A DNA stretch of 64,000 nt from Amoebophrya sp. A120. Its lineage: Eukaryota > Protista > Dinoflagellata. Position numbers and translations under genes: made by a program. The stretch lies in assembly GCA_905178155.1 (NCBI GenBank), contig CAJINV010000014.1, positions 1,891,888-1,955,887 on the forward strand, read 5' to 3'. This document shows positions 1 through 11,730 of this stretch, one piece after another; the stretch's first letter is position 1, and every line of letters starts with the position of its first letter. Under the pieces are notes generated by a model that was not told where the DNA came from, did not search any database, and saw only the letters and a program-made list of their open reading frames with translations.

Positions 1-255
1 GTGTGTCCGGGGTGTGTCTGGGGTATGTTCGGACTTTTTGCCTGGGGTATGTTCGGGGGTCTGTCTGGGGTATGTCTGGGGTGTGTCTGGGGTGTGTCTG
101 GGGTATGTTTATACCCCACCTGTTGGTTTTTCGGCAAAAAATTGCAGTCCGCTCGTGAAGATTGAGGAGCATTTGCATACCCCTGACACACCCCCGAACA
201 TACCCCCGAACATACCCCTCGCCTGCATTTTTGACCAGCTGCTGCAGTTTAGATA
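1..255. repeat. Tandem ~11-bp (GTCTGGGGTRT) repeats with inverted copies; probable right part of a further introner
   Basis: 1-110 gtctggggtrt repeats, 176-219 catacccc/cacacccc inverted copies. Ends ...tgcagtttagata at 255, resembling other introner right ends. Confidence 0.5.
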
Positions 256-3200
256 GTAATTATTTCCACTTTGGGAATTTCCATTCTGAGGCTTTCATAG
301 CGCATCGCCGAGTCGAACTCCCGCGGCGCGAACCCTGGCGTGTGCGGGGCATGAAGATACACCTGCAGTTTGCTGTCCTGGTTGATCATGGCCCCAAAAT
401 CGATCAGGACCACATGCCCGGGCGCGGGCCTCTTCGACGCCCCTTTTCCGAGATTGCCCTCCCCAGAGGTTGCACCGCCGTCGTACGCAGGAGAGCTGCT
501 CCGTCGGTTGTCATTCAAAACGAAGAGCTGCTTCTTTGAGCTCTGTCGCCGCTGCACAGGAGCGCCGTCGGGTGCCACGTTGTCGTCCGTTTTGCTAGTA
601 GAAGTGCTTCCACCACCAGATTTATTGCCCTGTTGGAGCTCCCCGCCGGCACCAGGAGCTCCACCACCGTCTAGCAGCTCGGTGCTTCCAGACCGAGATT
701 TCAGTTTTCGCAACATGGCCTGCTGTTGCTTCTGGTGGTCAAACCCAGGGAGCTGGATGTTTTCGGAGTACATGATGTTGGCCGACTTCAGGTCGTGGTG
801 CACAATGCCCGCGAGCTTCATGTAGTACAGCGACATGGTCAACTCGCCCAACACACTGGCCAGCGCCTTCTTGGTCGCGAACTCCACTTGGTCCAAGCGC
901 CTGCCGTATCAAATGCAAAGTGTCTGGGTCTGGAAGAGTGTAGACTTCCTTGTCATGCAGATTTGCATGACGCATGAGGTCTGGAGTGCGGGACTTAGCA
1001 TGACAGACTCTGCGAGGTCTCTGCCATGCCTATTCTGCATGAGGAACTCCGTTCCAACTTGGTCAAAATTGGACAGCTTTTGGCACTCATGCAACACAGA
1101 TTTTTGCATGCTTCAGATTTACCATGACAAGTTGCATTCGTCCAGACCCAGCAGACATTCTTGCAATTCATATGCCGCCAAAGTTCACGATGACGTACAA
1201 CTCGTGCTCCGGGAGCGGGCTCCCGAGCGCCTTGTGGTCGGAAAAGTAGTTGTAGCCGCGGCGCTTCGGGGGGATGTTGGTTTCGTAGCACTGCATAAAC
1301 AAAAATCGGCTCGCGTAGTTGTACACCTGTCCAAATTTCTGCAGCGACAGCGCCCACTCACACTCGTCCCGGAGCCCGTCAATCGCGTCCTCGATGTCCC
1401 TATGACAAGATAAAGTGTTTGCGTTAGGAGCGGAATTTGTGATGCAGCAGTACTACATGCAGATGAACCAGAAGCGCACTGAAATTTGTTTAGCTGCATA
1501 GCATACATCATTTATGGCACCAGGGAAAAATTGTCATGCATGACGCGCATCCGCATCCACGAAAAGCTTTTATCGTCCAACACTTTTTTCATTGATAATC
1601 TCGCCGCCCGTTGTCGCGCCACTTCAAGTATGCATTGGAAAAGTTGTATCGCGCTTGCGTGTTGAATAGCAGTGTTGCATGCGCTCTCTCCTGAGGAGAG
1701 GTTCTTAGTAGATCTATCAGCTTCAGCATTACAAATCCCATTTTTCAAACTGGCAAAATTTAAAAATTTCTGATGCAATTCACACTAAGCGCGATTGTTG
1801 TACTTTTGCAGAGGATATCAGGTAGATTTTGTGGTCGTCCTGGCGGTTCTTCTGGTCCCCGTAGCGCGGGTCCGGGATCCGCTTCATCACTGCCAAATTG
1901 TTGTCCAGAAGGTTTTGCACCAGGTAAGCCTCCCCAAACGCGCCGGAGCCCAGTCGCTTGATCAACCGCCAGCGGGTGTTCCAGCCGGTCTGGTACAAGG
2001 CCTCCAGCAGTTTCACATTTTCCTCGACCGTGTGCGCCGGCCCGCTCGCAACCTCGTTGGCCCGCTCCACCTTCGGCTTGCGAACTTGCATTTCCACCAT
2101 CTGCAGCAGGGTCTCCTCGGTCAAATGCACCGGCGGCCCCTCGTATTCCGGCGTTTTGATTTTCTGATACGGCTGCAGCATGTACCCGGTGACTTGGTTT
2201 AAGCCGGAGAGTAAGTTGTTTCCCACCTGGTCCCAGTTCACTTCCGGGACTTCGTGCTCTGTTGACGCGGAGGAAGTCCTGGTGCCCCTGTGGTTCGTAC
2301 CTGCCGCCAGCTGCTTTTCTTGCAGCAGGTCTTGCACATCCACGCGCGACGCCGTGGTGCGCATGGGCTTGTAGACAACGTTTTCTCCTTGATCAGCATC
2401 GTCCTGGAGGTAGTTCTTCGCAAGGCCGCTTCCGCCTCCCCCGCCAGCAGCTCCGGTGGGGGACGTGGTTGCCGCGGGTAAGACTCCCGTCCGAAGGTCT
2501 TCGTCCTCCGGAATGGACAGATTGTCGACTTCCTGGGCTATCCTATGTAAAAACGTCCCCACCCCATAGTCAAGATGGGGACTCAGCTAGACAAATCCAA
2601 AAGTTTTGGCTGTTCAGCATGACAAATTTGGACTCGTATTGTCTTGCTGTCTGAGCTAGCTCAGCAGCATCACAGATCTAGTATATCACTATCATGCTGA
2701 TTGGAGCATGAGAAATTCCAAAACACGACTAGAAAACGCTTCTCGTGGTGCTCCGCATAAGAGACATTTTCAGCATGCAGATTTGCATGACAACTCTGGG
2801 GTGGGGACGTTTTTACACAGGATATGGGCGAGCCGTTCCTCATCCCGCAAAGATGAACCTTTTGAACCCGCTCGACCACGCCCCAGTGAAGGTTTCCCGC
2901 TAGAGTAAGAGCCCCGACCTCCGTAGTACGTTTCCTCTTCTAGTAGCTGCGGGAGTCTGCCACCCTTTGGCAAAACTTGCAGATCTTCCAGCTCTTCGTG
3001 CCCTGGTGGTTTATTTCGAATCGTGTTCGCCAACATTTTGGCGATTTTGGACGCGCGGGTGGCGGAGTTGACTGGGAGGTTGGAATTTTTTTCCGTGTCG
3101 TAGGAGGTAGTATGGAGCAGGTCCAGCTCGTGTTGGGACATCTTCAGGGTCGGGCCGTCAAACGGACGGTCGGCAAAAGTGGTTGTTGTACAACCCGAGT

Positions 3201-3315
3201 TGAAAAGGAAGAGGAACAGCATGCCCATGCAGCTAATGCCGTTTTTATTCCCAGCTGCAGCCGAAGATGCCGCTGCTCCGCTGGCGGAACGAAATGGTAA
3301 TGAACGGAAGAGCAT
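256..3315 (-). CDS. Ser/Thr protein kinase with N-terminal hydrophobic segment, multi-exon, probably 3'-partial (continues off window)
   Basis: Exons ~3315-2825, 2533-1818, ~1400-1173, 901-256. Spliced product has RLGSGAFGEAYLV (Gly loop), AVMKR, HHDLKSAN, DFG and APRE. Junctions read EERLA|QEVDN and VNFGG|RRLDQ after introner removal. Subdomains IX-XI are missing, so the stop at 249 is probably inside an intron. Confidence 0.85.
907..1172. mobile_element. Introner, family F1 (TIR TATCAAATGYAAAARTGTCTGGGTCTGGAA)
   Basis: DR tgccg at 902-906 and 1173-1177; removal restores the kinase frame. Confidence 0.9.
1401..1817. mobile_element. Degenerate introner-like intron (F2-like right TIR)
   Basis: Right end tacttttgcagaggata; left TIR and DR are eroded; internal ttgtcatgc/gcattacaaa motifs; separates two kinase exons. 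Confidence 0.6.
2539..2824. mobile_element. Introner, family F3 (TIR TATCCTRWGYAAAAACGTMCCCAC)
   Basis: DR tgggc on both sides; frame restored (LAQEV). Confidence 0.92.
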
Positions 3316-4339
3316 CTTGAATAAGATTGGTTGTCTTGTTCCTGGCTCTTTGAAGAATGTCCGGAAAACAAATTCGACGTCTTTGGTGCAACAGCTCTCT
3401 CAACACCGCGGCTCCGCTTCTGATCTACGTATATCTGAAATTTTCAGTGCGTTATTTGGGGAGTTGCAGCTGGTTGGCGACGAGTGGTCGTGCATGGAAG
3501 AGATCAACAAATATTTCACGTCGGTTACGCAATTGTAGTTGAGAACCAGAAGAACAAGAAGAGTTGGACGCAAAAAGCGCTGCCGTTGATCGTATACTTC
3601 CGACACTTCTTGCTGTTAGGTATGGGTCCGCGGGATCGTCACAATCGCATTGCTGGTGGAGGTACAACGATCACGTTGCTGAGGAAGAGCGTGACGCGAT
3701 CGAGTCAATAAAGAAAGGAGAAGAAGAAGAACAAGGCTGCTAGCTAGGTGGTGTGCCAGCTTGCGTTCAGACATCACAAACGTCATGTTCAAAATCCTCC
3801 GCGCGTCGTGGCACAATCACCAGCGGAGGAAGATCCAATCACGCTAACATTTTGTATTTGTTTTTACAGGGGGGAATCAATTTATTGGTCTGCCATTGTA
3901 CAGGTTTCAAAGTTCTTGTGAAACAAAATGCGGTGGCACAAGAGAATGATGTACAAGGGTTGAGTGACTAAAAGTTTACAAGTAGCAGGAGGAGGCTGCA
4001 ACTGGTGCAGCTTCACGTGGATACGCGATGTTGATGATGTAAATACAGAGCGAGAGCCTTCACCTACCAAAAAATCATACAGCGAGGTCGTGGTGAATAC
4101 CTATAGCTTCATCGTCATTTATGTTCGTAATTGCGCAGATAGTTCGCGATTGCTTTTGCTTTAAAAGTACGGTACAGATTAAATGAATAATTTTTCGAGG
4201 TAGTTTAGTCTGGACTTTTGACCTTGGTGAAGAACTCACAGCTCGCCTTGTGTGGTCGTGTGGTTTCTTCGTTCCACCACGTTGATCGCCACTTCAACTG
4301 CACGAGCACGACCCAGTAAGTAGTACGCCCGCACGACTG

Positions 4340-7300
4340 CTACAGCCTGCCCGGCGGCTCTCGCTTCACCGCTGGGTTTTCCACGGCGTGCTTCTTCTTG
4401 TCCGTCTTATACCGGCTGAATTCCCATGGTTTCTCGTGCTGATTTGGATTTTTCACCGTCCCCTTCGTGGGTTTCTTTCCTCGCCAGTGGCGTGGACTAT
4501 TGGGGCCCGCTTCGTGGCTTGGCGCGAACCACCGTCGCTCCCCATCGCGCCGGTCTTTCTTTGATGCCCTGCGGAATGGAGAGTTCTTTATCATGTCAGA
4601 ACGTATTCTACCTCATCTGGTAAAGCTACGTATAGATAGACCTAGAAGGTGCCTATCCTATAGCATGCAGCCCAACTGTAGGCGAAGTACGCACTTAGTT
4701 CAAATCTAAACAAAGAGGATTCAAATGGCAAAAAGTCCTCGAACAAAGAGAGTTGTAAAAATCCGTTACCTTGTCCCGACAAAATTATTTTGTTGCTGTT
4801 CCATCTCCGCGGCTTCTTCCTCCACAGCCTCGAGATCGAACATGGAATTCATATCCAGTTCTCGCTGCTTCGTTGCTTCATCTTCTCGGCTGAGGTACTC
4901 ATACACCTCGATCGGTTGCTGATGAACGGTCAACGACGGGTGGAAACCCTTCAAGGACTCGGGTTGCTGGGAGGGAGGTTGGGGCGGTTGCATCGTGGAG
5001 GAGGATGACGCAGCCGCTATCCTGTGCAAAAACGTCCCCACCCCATAGTCAAGTTGGGACTTTGGCAAGACAAATCGAGCATCTTTGGGACTCACGCATG
5101 ACAAGTTTGGCGACGCAGTGTAGTCGTGCCTATCTGTAGCTAGTTCGAACGCATCACAGATCCAGTCTGTCATCCTGATTAGCGCATGACAGATTCCCAA
5201 ACGCCACTAGGTAATGCCTCTCATGGAGAGCCACATGACACACATTCTGAGCATGTAGATCTGCATAACAACTATGAGGTTGAGGTGGGAACGTTTTTAC
5301 TCAGGATAGCCGCACCGCTGGCAGTCGGGTCCGTGGGAGATGGGGTGAAGTATCAGAGTGCGCAGGGGCAACGACATCAACTATAACGAACCCTGGCCCT
5401 CATCTGCTTCAGCTCTCAGCAACAAAATTATCAGTGCAACAAATCGTGTAGCCTTAGCATGACAGCAACAGACCCTTACCCGCACACATGATATCTACTT
5501 GCATGACAAAGTACAGTGAAATAGAGCTATAGTAATAGTAGTTCTTGCGCACTCTCATACGAAGTATGTGTTTTTCAGCGCATTGGTCAGGTAGGTCTCC
5601 CCAGGAGGAACGACCCTCACTCCGGCATTTTTCAGCTTAACAGACAAATGCTTCACGTCTTTTGTCGTGTCGTAGCCACGGTAGGCGGTTGCGCGAGATT
5701 CTGTTTTTGATGGCGTGCTGAACTGGAGCAGTCTTCTTGTTGAACTGCCGAACCTGTTGCACGGCTCTCATTCATACACAAAATTCATATAAGACAAAAA
5801 GCTTCTGCTTCATCTGTCCAAAGAACAAGAAAATCAGTACCGCTGTAACGCCCCCGCTCGGCCTTCATCTTCAGATGTTCCTTCAGCTTTATGCATTTCA
5901 ACCGCTGACAATTTGGACTTGCCGCACACTTGCAACTTCATGCATGACATTGACAACTTATCTTGGCTGCAATAATTTGTGAAGATGCTACACCGGCATA
6001 CTAAGGAGGGCAAACTGTCGGCTACGAAAATTCATCGTGCGCGTGGGTGTGCTGCAGAAGCAGTCAATCATTCAATTTACATTCGATAAGTTCTAGGGGT
6101 TCCAGATAGGCTAAACTCGGCTCGGAGTACAGCCGCTCACTGGTCCTGATGTGCCTCCGACTCGTGTGAGAGTGCAACATGCGAAGGTCGGCCGCTTCGC
6201 TTTGTCCGAGATCATTGACGTACCGCTCGTATCCACTGCAAATATGTCCGAGCTGCCTCCTGAACGAGATCTGTAACGACACGCACCATTCTCGGCTGGC
6301 ACGAATCCAAAGTGTCACATGCAAGTTGCTATCATGATCGACAAGCTTTCTTTGATGTTTATTTCCGTGTATCGTGATCAATTATCTTGTTAGCAAATTA
6401 TCAATACAGCAGCTTCTTCAACCCAGACCAAAAAATATCTTTTGCAGTGGATAGCGCACCGTGACGGGCGAGGGTCTTCAGATTGTACAGGTGGCTGCGC
6501 ATCATACCCTGTTGAGATTGTTGAGGCAGGTGTTTTCATACTTTCATAAACGCGTACGCAAAGATGAACGAGGGGCCGTTCATATGTTCAACGAATTTCT
6601 CTGAAAAGAGGACAACACACACGACATGCAAATAAACAAGTACCACGTCCGTTTTCAATATTTTCACGGTTTCCCTCCTTGCCCGCTCCTCCTTACTCAG
6701 CAAAGCGGTGGACTCGTCCAGGGCCCCACTGTCCTGGTCGTTTTTTTTGCTGTCCAGCCTGGCCTTTTTCTGCTCCTCCCGCCGTTTCCTGTCGTAGTGC
6801 CGGGCCAAGTGTCTCAACGTCGTCGGCTGTTCTCGGTTGTGGGCCGCTTGCTCTTGCGGGGACAGCAACGGGTCGAGGTTTTGGTGGTACTTTTGGAGAA
6901 TGTGCGGGTAGAAGTCCTGGCTGGTTTTGTGGCCTCGGGGCTGGCTCGAAGACTTCGACAGCATCGGCGAATTGAAATTGTTCGAGCTATGATTCATCGT
7001 CCCGCGTTGAGGCTGATCGTTGGAGTGTGTCTCCTCGTAATGGGCAGTTCGGCCATCTTCACTTCTTAGCATCATCATCATCATCGTCGAGATCAACAAG
7101 CCTTCATCCTAGGCTACCATACGTACCACAGTTCTGGACCACCAGCGAAGGTCAAAAGGAAAAGGATGTCGAAATGTTTCACTTTTTGACCCCGAAACAA
7201 AAAATCAGATATAAACAGTATTATACCGACATGGACGAGGCAACACTCATGTTCGGATTGAAGCCCCCATTTGATGATCCTCCGTTGCCCCTCCTCGCCG

Positions 7301-7436
7301 GCACGCCATTTCCGAATTTCTCCACGTATTCAAGCTGGTTGGTGCTCGTGATGTGTTCCCCCAAAGCCCGTCGGACCTCGGTGGACTGGGGAGGAACGGA
7401 AAATTTCATGGCATCTACGGCGGCTGACGAGTGCAT
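4340..7436 (-). CDS. Hypothetical membrane protein, ~9 exons (5 GT-AG introns + 3 introners)
   Basis: One open frame after joining: GT-AG introns 7226-7109, 6541-6509, ~6080-5905, ~5840-5754, ~4769-4608; introners 6230-6453, 5351-5559, 5018-5308. Hydrophobic segment VVLVYLHVVCVVLF. Confidence 0.65.
5018..5308. mobile_element. Introner, family F3
   Basis: TIR tatcctgtgcaaaaacgtcccca / tgggaacgtttttactcaggata; DR gccgc. Confidence 0.92.
5351..5559. mobile_element. Introner, family F5 (TIR TATSAGAGTGCRCA)
   Basis: tatcagagtgcgca / tgcgcactctcata; DR tgaag/cgaag (4/5); frame restored (NTYF|TPSP). Confidence 0.8.
6230..6453. mobile_element. Introner, F2-like, aged
   Basis: tatccactgcaaa / tttgcagtggata; DR gctcg/gcgca (3/5); frame restored (HGAR|YVND). 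Confidence 0.7.
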
Positions 7437-7957
7437 CTTGAGAATGGTTGGTTGCCGTTTTTGCTCAACAGGAGCCGGAACGCAACAACAGAAGATTTTT
7501 GATGGTATGCTCTAGATATTCGGAAGCTTTGACTATCTAGACTTCTGAAGACATCGCTGCGGTGTGGCAGAAGCGCAGCTTGGTCGTTGAAGAACTACTG
7601 CCTTGACAAATGGAGGACCCTCTCTTCCAAGGCAGTTGTATCAACTCAAGAATAAAAATTCAAATTGTGAAAACAAAAACCATATAATGTGACAGGAAGA
7701 ACAAGAGGAGTGGTCGAACACGGTAAATAATATGTGGTAGTATATGGTACGACCAGGAGGCTGCAACCTGGTGCAGCAGTCGTGCGCCCAGTCCAACTGG
7801 TGGCACGACGTCGATAGATTTCCACTACCACCTGGTGTAGACGTGAAGGTGCTTTCTTGTGCCGTGCTTCCCTGCCCTCGCAGTTGCTGTGCTTGTGACG
7901 AGCAATCATCTACCTGCTGCTCAGCATGTTAATGTCTTGCTCACAAACGGATTATAG

Positions 7958-9673
7958 TCACTGCTTATGGAATGGCACGCCGCTTGTAGCTGCTGTCGTA
8001 TATGGCGGTAAGGAAGATGATGTTGAGCCAGCAGCACCCATTGAGGGGACAGCCTGTGCCTGCTGTTGATTGAACACCGGCACTCCGACCGTCGTGCTCC
8101 CGAGAGTTTCCGCTCGTTGGTTATCAACGAGGGATAAAGTTTGCCACGGAACCGACGCAGTCGCACTTACAGCAGCGCCAGTAGAAGTACCTCCCCCGAA
8201 CAAAGAAACAGCACCAGCACTACCTCCAGCACAACTATTGGAAGCAAGCATCTGTGCCTGGTTCGGCGGCAACATCAGGGTGTCTACGCGTTCCACCCGT
8301 ACTGGCAGCGCGGTCAGCAACTGGATCCATCGGACCTGGAAACTGTGTCTGCGGATCATGCCACAAGTCAGCACCGACCCGAAGCAGCTGTCCTGAAAAT
8401 TCGGACGCCCGTTCTCGATTTCGTCCAACTTGCACACTTGCAAAATCACATTGTACTTGGTCTGGAATTCAAACGCCTTCTGCTGGAAAAACCGCGCTTC
8501 TTGCCGTTCCAGCGACGTCTTCTTCTGCTCATGCGCGATGATGAAGCAGAAGGGGGACAAAATCCCGGCCGAGAGGCAGCAAAGAAAATCGGAACAATTG
8601 CAGAAAAACTCGAGCCTCTCCTGGTCCTCGTCGGCGTCAGGGTCTGCGCCCCACGAACGCAGGCAATTTTCGAACAGCACCTTTGGCAGCGGCAGGCAAA
8701 CTGGCCTGTCCTGGTAAAACTTCGCAACTTCAAACACGAACGCCCGCCAATCGGCTTCGGGAATGATATTCTCAAGTTGCTGCGGCAATCTCGGTAAGGG
8801 CCGATTCGCGTAGCCGGGTGGTTGTACTCCTTGGGTTGACAGTGGGGGAGCCGCCCCAATTCCGTTTTTCATATCCGCCAAGGTTGGCATGCCGAGCTGC
8901 TGCTGGTGGTGCTGCTGCTGGTAGGACGCTCCGTTGGAGGAAGAAGACGATCCCCCTGCTTGCTCCTGAGGAAAATCATAGTACCCCTGATTTTTTGACG
9001 TTACTGTGTCAACCCCGGCTCTCCCGAAAGCACCTGGCTTTTGCGGAATATTAAACGATCCGAGATCTTCACCGACTTCCGACTGCTGCTTTCCCACTAC
9101 ACCAGCACCCGCGTAGCTACCCTGCTCTGCACGACCTTGCGGGGCCATCGGCTGCAATTTTTGACTCACCATCAGTGGCGGAACCGCGCCACTGAAAGCG
9201 AATTTCCAGTAGGCACAGTAACCCATTTTCTTCCGGTTTACGTCGACCTGGCCGGAAACACCACAAGTTCTTCTCGGGTACGGTGGGCGGTATTCCGGGG
9301 GAATGACCTCATAGAAGGTTCTTTGGTGATGTGCAGATCTACTGCCTGGCGGTGCAGCAATCGCGGAGGTAGAAGAACTTCCAAGAACCTCGTCTGCCGG
9401 AAAGACGTGCATCCAGTCCGTCATCGCGTTTTCCTTGGACGATCCTCGGCCAAATGCAGCCGAAGCTGCACTGTGCCAGCCGCTGTTTGCCAACCCATCC
9501 TCGAAGCAAAACCCATCCGCCCCGGGGTCCACGTTTTGGCGCAGAATGACTTTGTGCGCGGTCTCATTTAGCATCGCGGGGAGCCGGTGCTCTGGGACGC
9601 CCGAGATTTTCTGCTGTGAAGGGGGGTCGAGCATGTTTCGGATTGCGTCGAAAACAAAGGCGGCGTGATCCAA
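7958..9673 (-). CDS. Hypothetical protein (571+ aa, 5' exon unresolved) with Cys-rich hydrophobic patch, weakly Golgin-A7/Erf4-like
   Basis: Long ORF; PQQLENIIPEADWRAFV followed by FLCCLSAGILSPFCF. Family resemblance is by eye only. Confidence 0.7.
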   Translation of the reverse strand: MDHAAFVFDAIRNMLDPPSQQKISGVPEHRLPAMLNETAHKVILRQNVDPGADGFCFEDGLANSGWHSAASAAFGRGSSKENAMTDWMHVFPADEVLGSSSTSAIAAPPGSRSAHHQRTFYEVIPPEYRPPYPRRTCGVSGQVDVNRKKMGYCAYWKFAFSGAVPPLMVSQKLQPMAPQGRAEQGSYAGAGVVGKQQSEVGEDLGSFNIPQKPGAFGRAGVDTVTSKNQGYYDFPQEQAGGSSSSSNGASYQQQHHQQQLGMPTLADMKNGIGAAPPLSTQGVQPPGYANRPLPRLPQQLENIIPEADWRAFVFEVAKFYQDRPVCLPLPKVLFENCLRSWGADPDADEDQERLEFFCNCSDFLCCLSAGILSPFCFIIAHEQKKTSLERQEARFFQQKAFEFQTKYNVILQVCKLDEIENGRPNFQDSCFGSVLTCGMIRRHSFQVRWIQLLTALPVRVERVDTLMLPPNQAQMLASNSCAGGSAGAVSLFGGGTSTGAAVSATASVPWQTLSLVDNQRAETLGSTTVGVPVFNQQQAQAVPSMGAAGSTSSSLPPYTTAATSGVPFHKQ

Positions 9674-10369
9674 AGCCTCGTGAGACGGAGCTTGTTACCA
9701 TCAACACGAGATGAAAATAAAAATCAGCGAACACGAAAAAGAAAAAACACCGAGTTGAACAAAAACACACCCACAATCATTAGATGATACAGTCGGGTCC
9801 GGCCTAGACAATGTTCAAAAACGGTAACGGAATAAACTGAGAAAGCTTACTTAATTGCACATTACTGGAAAAGCAAGCTTCGTTGCTCTGTCGTATGCTG
9901 CCCGAAAGATATGCGCTACGGCCGAAATTCCCTGCTCGGCAGCTTTTCTCGCTCTGCTTTTCGGGCGTTTGTGCTCTTTTTCGACCTCTGTGTGGACCCT
10001 TCTCAAACTAGTTCGTGAACTGGGGCAGTTCTCGTCTCGAGCCGATTCACATACTAATCTTCACAGAAACAATATCGCGGCCGGCCGCAAAACCAGAAGG
10101 GAATCTCGAATCTGAAGGACTTGCGCTACAGGAGCAGATTGCACAAGCTCAATAGAGCCAACATCGCACTCGGAACATAAGAAAACTAGCGAGCAATCTT
10201 CTCGACGGCCGATATTCCTTACCTGCGGGAAGCCAAAGAGAAGAGCCTGCGCTTTGTGCTCTGGTGGGGCGTTTTTGTATTTTATTTTTCTCTGAAGGGT
10301 AATGCGCGGCTTTTTTGTTGCATATTCATACGGCCAAGTCACAGTCGCAGAAGAACGTGCGAGGTAGAA

Positions 10370-10892
10370 GAAAATTTTGCGCAAGCAAAAAAAATCGCAA
10401 CACTTTCGTTCCCGCCACACGATCACACGAAAAAAATGAAAACAGTGCGCCTCGATGCGTGTGAGGGCGGCGTGGTCGCTTGACGTGCAGCGAAGATCGG
10501 AACAGAAATCTAGCCAAATTTTGGAAATTCGCGATACTTCTGCGTTGCAAAATGACATAGAAAAAACCGAAAAAACTGCGCCTCGCGTTTGAGGGCGGCT
10601 TGCCAGCTCGGCGACGGCAGAGACCGGAAAAGAAATTTTGCAAAATTTCGAAAATTGGCGATACTTGCCCGCCGTAAAATAAACCGAAAAAAATGAAAAA
10701 GCTGCGCTTCGCGTTGGAGTACAGCTTGGCAGCTCGAAGCGCGGTAGAGGCCTCATATATAAAAAATTCGGGCAAGTTTTTTGAGTTTCGCCATACTTTG
10801 AAGAAGAAGACGACACGAAAAATAAAATAAAGAGCCCTCACCTCGCCATTGGCGGCAGATTGGTAGCTTGACATGCGGCGAAGACCGGATAA
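10370..10892. repeat. About 4 degenerate ~130-bp tandem repeats (A-tract and CG rich)
   Basis: Recurring aaatttt...cgatactt...cgaaaaaa...tgcgcctcg...agct...gaccgga blocks starting near 10370, 10505, 10633 and 10761. Confidence 0.6.
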
Positions 10893-11730
10893 TACAAACT
10901 GAAGCAGGCGGCACCATCTGCTTGTTTGTGTTGCGGTGGAAATTCCGACGCCCTATGGATGAACACTGGGATCCTCCAAACAACCTGCACAGACACCGAG
11001 AGATATAAAGGCACAACAAAGAGCCTAAAAGTGCTGAATCGCGAACATGCCCTACTTCTCTCTCTTACAACTCATGAACGTACTGGCAACTACGCAGACT
11101 CACTCTTCTCTCAATTTGAGCCTGAGGCCGCTTGGAAGCAGATTTTTTGACAGAACTCATGTCGACACTCACATTGTCTCTCAATCTAGTGTTGTCGACG
11201 GGATTCTGGTGCATAGAAAGCACAATATATCTCGAACACGAATGTGTGAAGAACTTCGCTCCGACACCGGACAACCCATGATCTGTAGGAAATAGGAAAT
11301 ACTGAGAATGTTTTGTACTCATCATCAATTGCAATAATATGTGGTCGCTTGTTGGTTAATAGTACAGGTTTTTTTTACCAGTGGCGCGCCTTGTTCACTT
11401 CGCCTTGGTGCATTGACAAAATTCATAATTTTTCTCCATGTCGTTTTGTGAATAGGCACCAGCATGCGTGTTGCTATCACGGAGTCGTGGATCATCAAGC
11501 TCACACATGATTCGATCCATGGTACGACGGATTGACGTACAAATGAGGTGAAGTTTTATCATGCGTTGATGCTGATACATGTTCATGATCATGATGAAAT
11601 AGACTTAGGTGCAATAAATTATAAACGGTGCGTCAGCAGATCATATACTATCACAAAGAACTTCTCTACGTAGCAAAAAATCCGGCACGACCAGAAAAGA
11701 ACTCGATAGCACAACTACTTCTAACCGCTA

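Noticed and set aside
9851-11592. Possible small multi-exon gene around the 10.4-kb repeat array
   Set aside because: Some frames look coding, but splice sites and a start could not be supported
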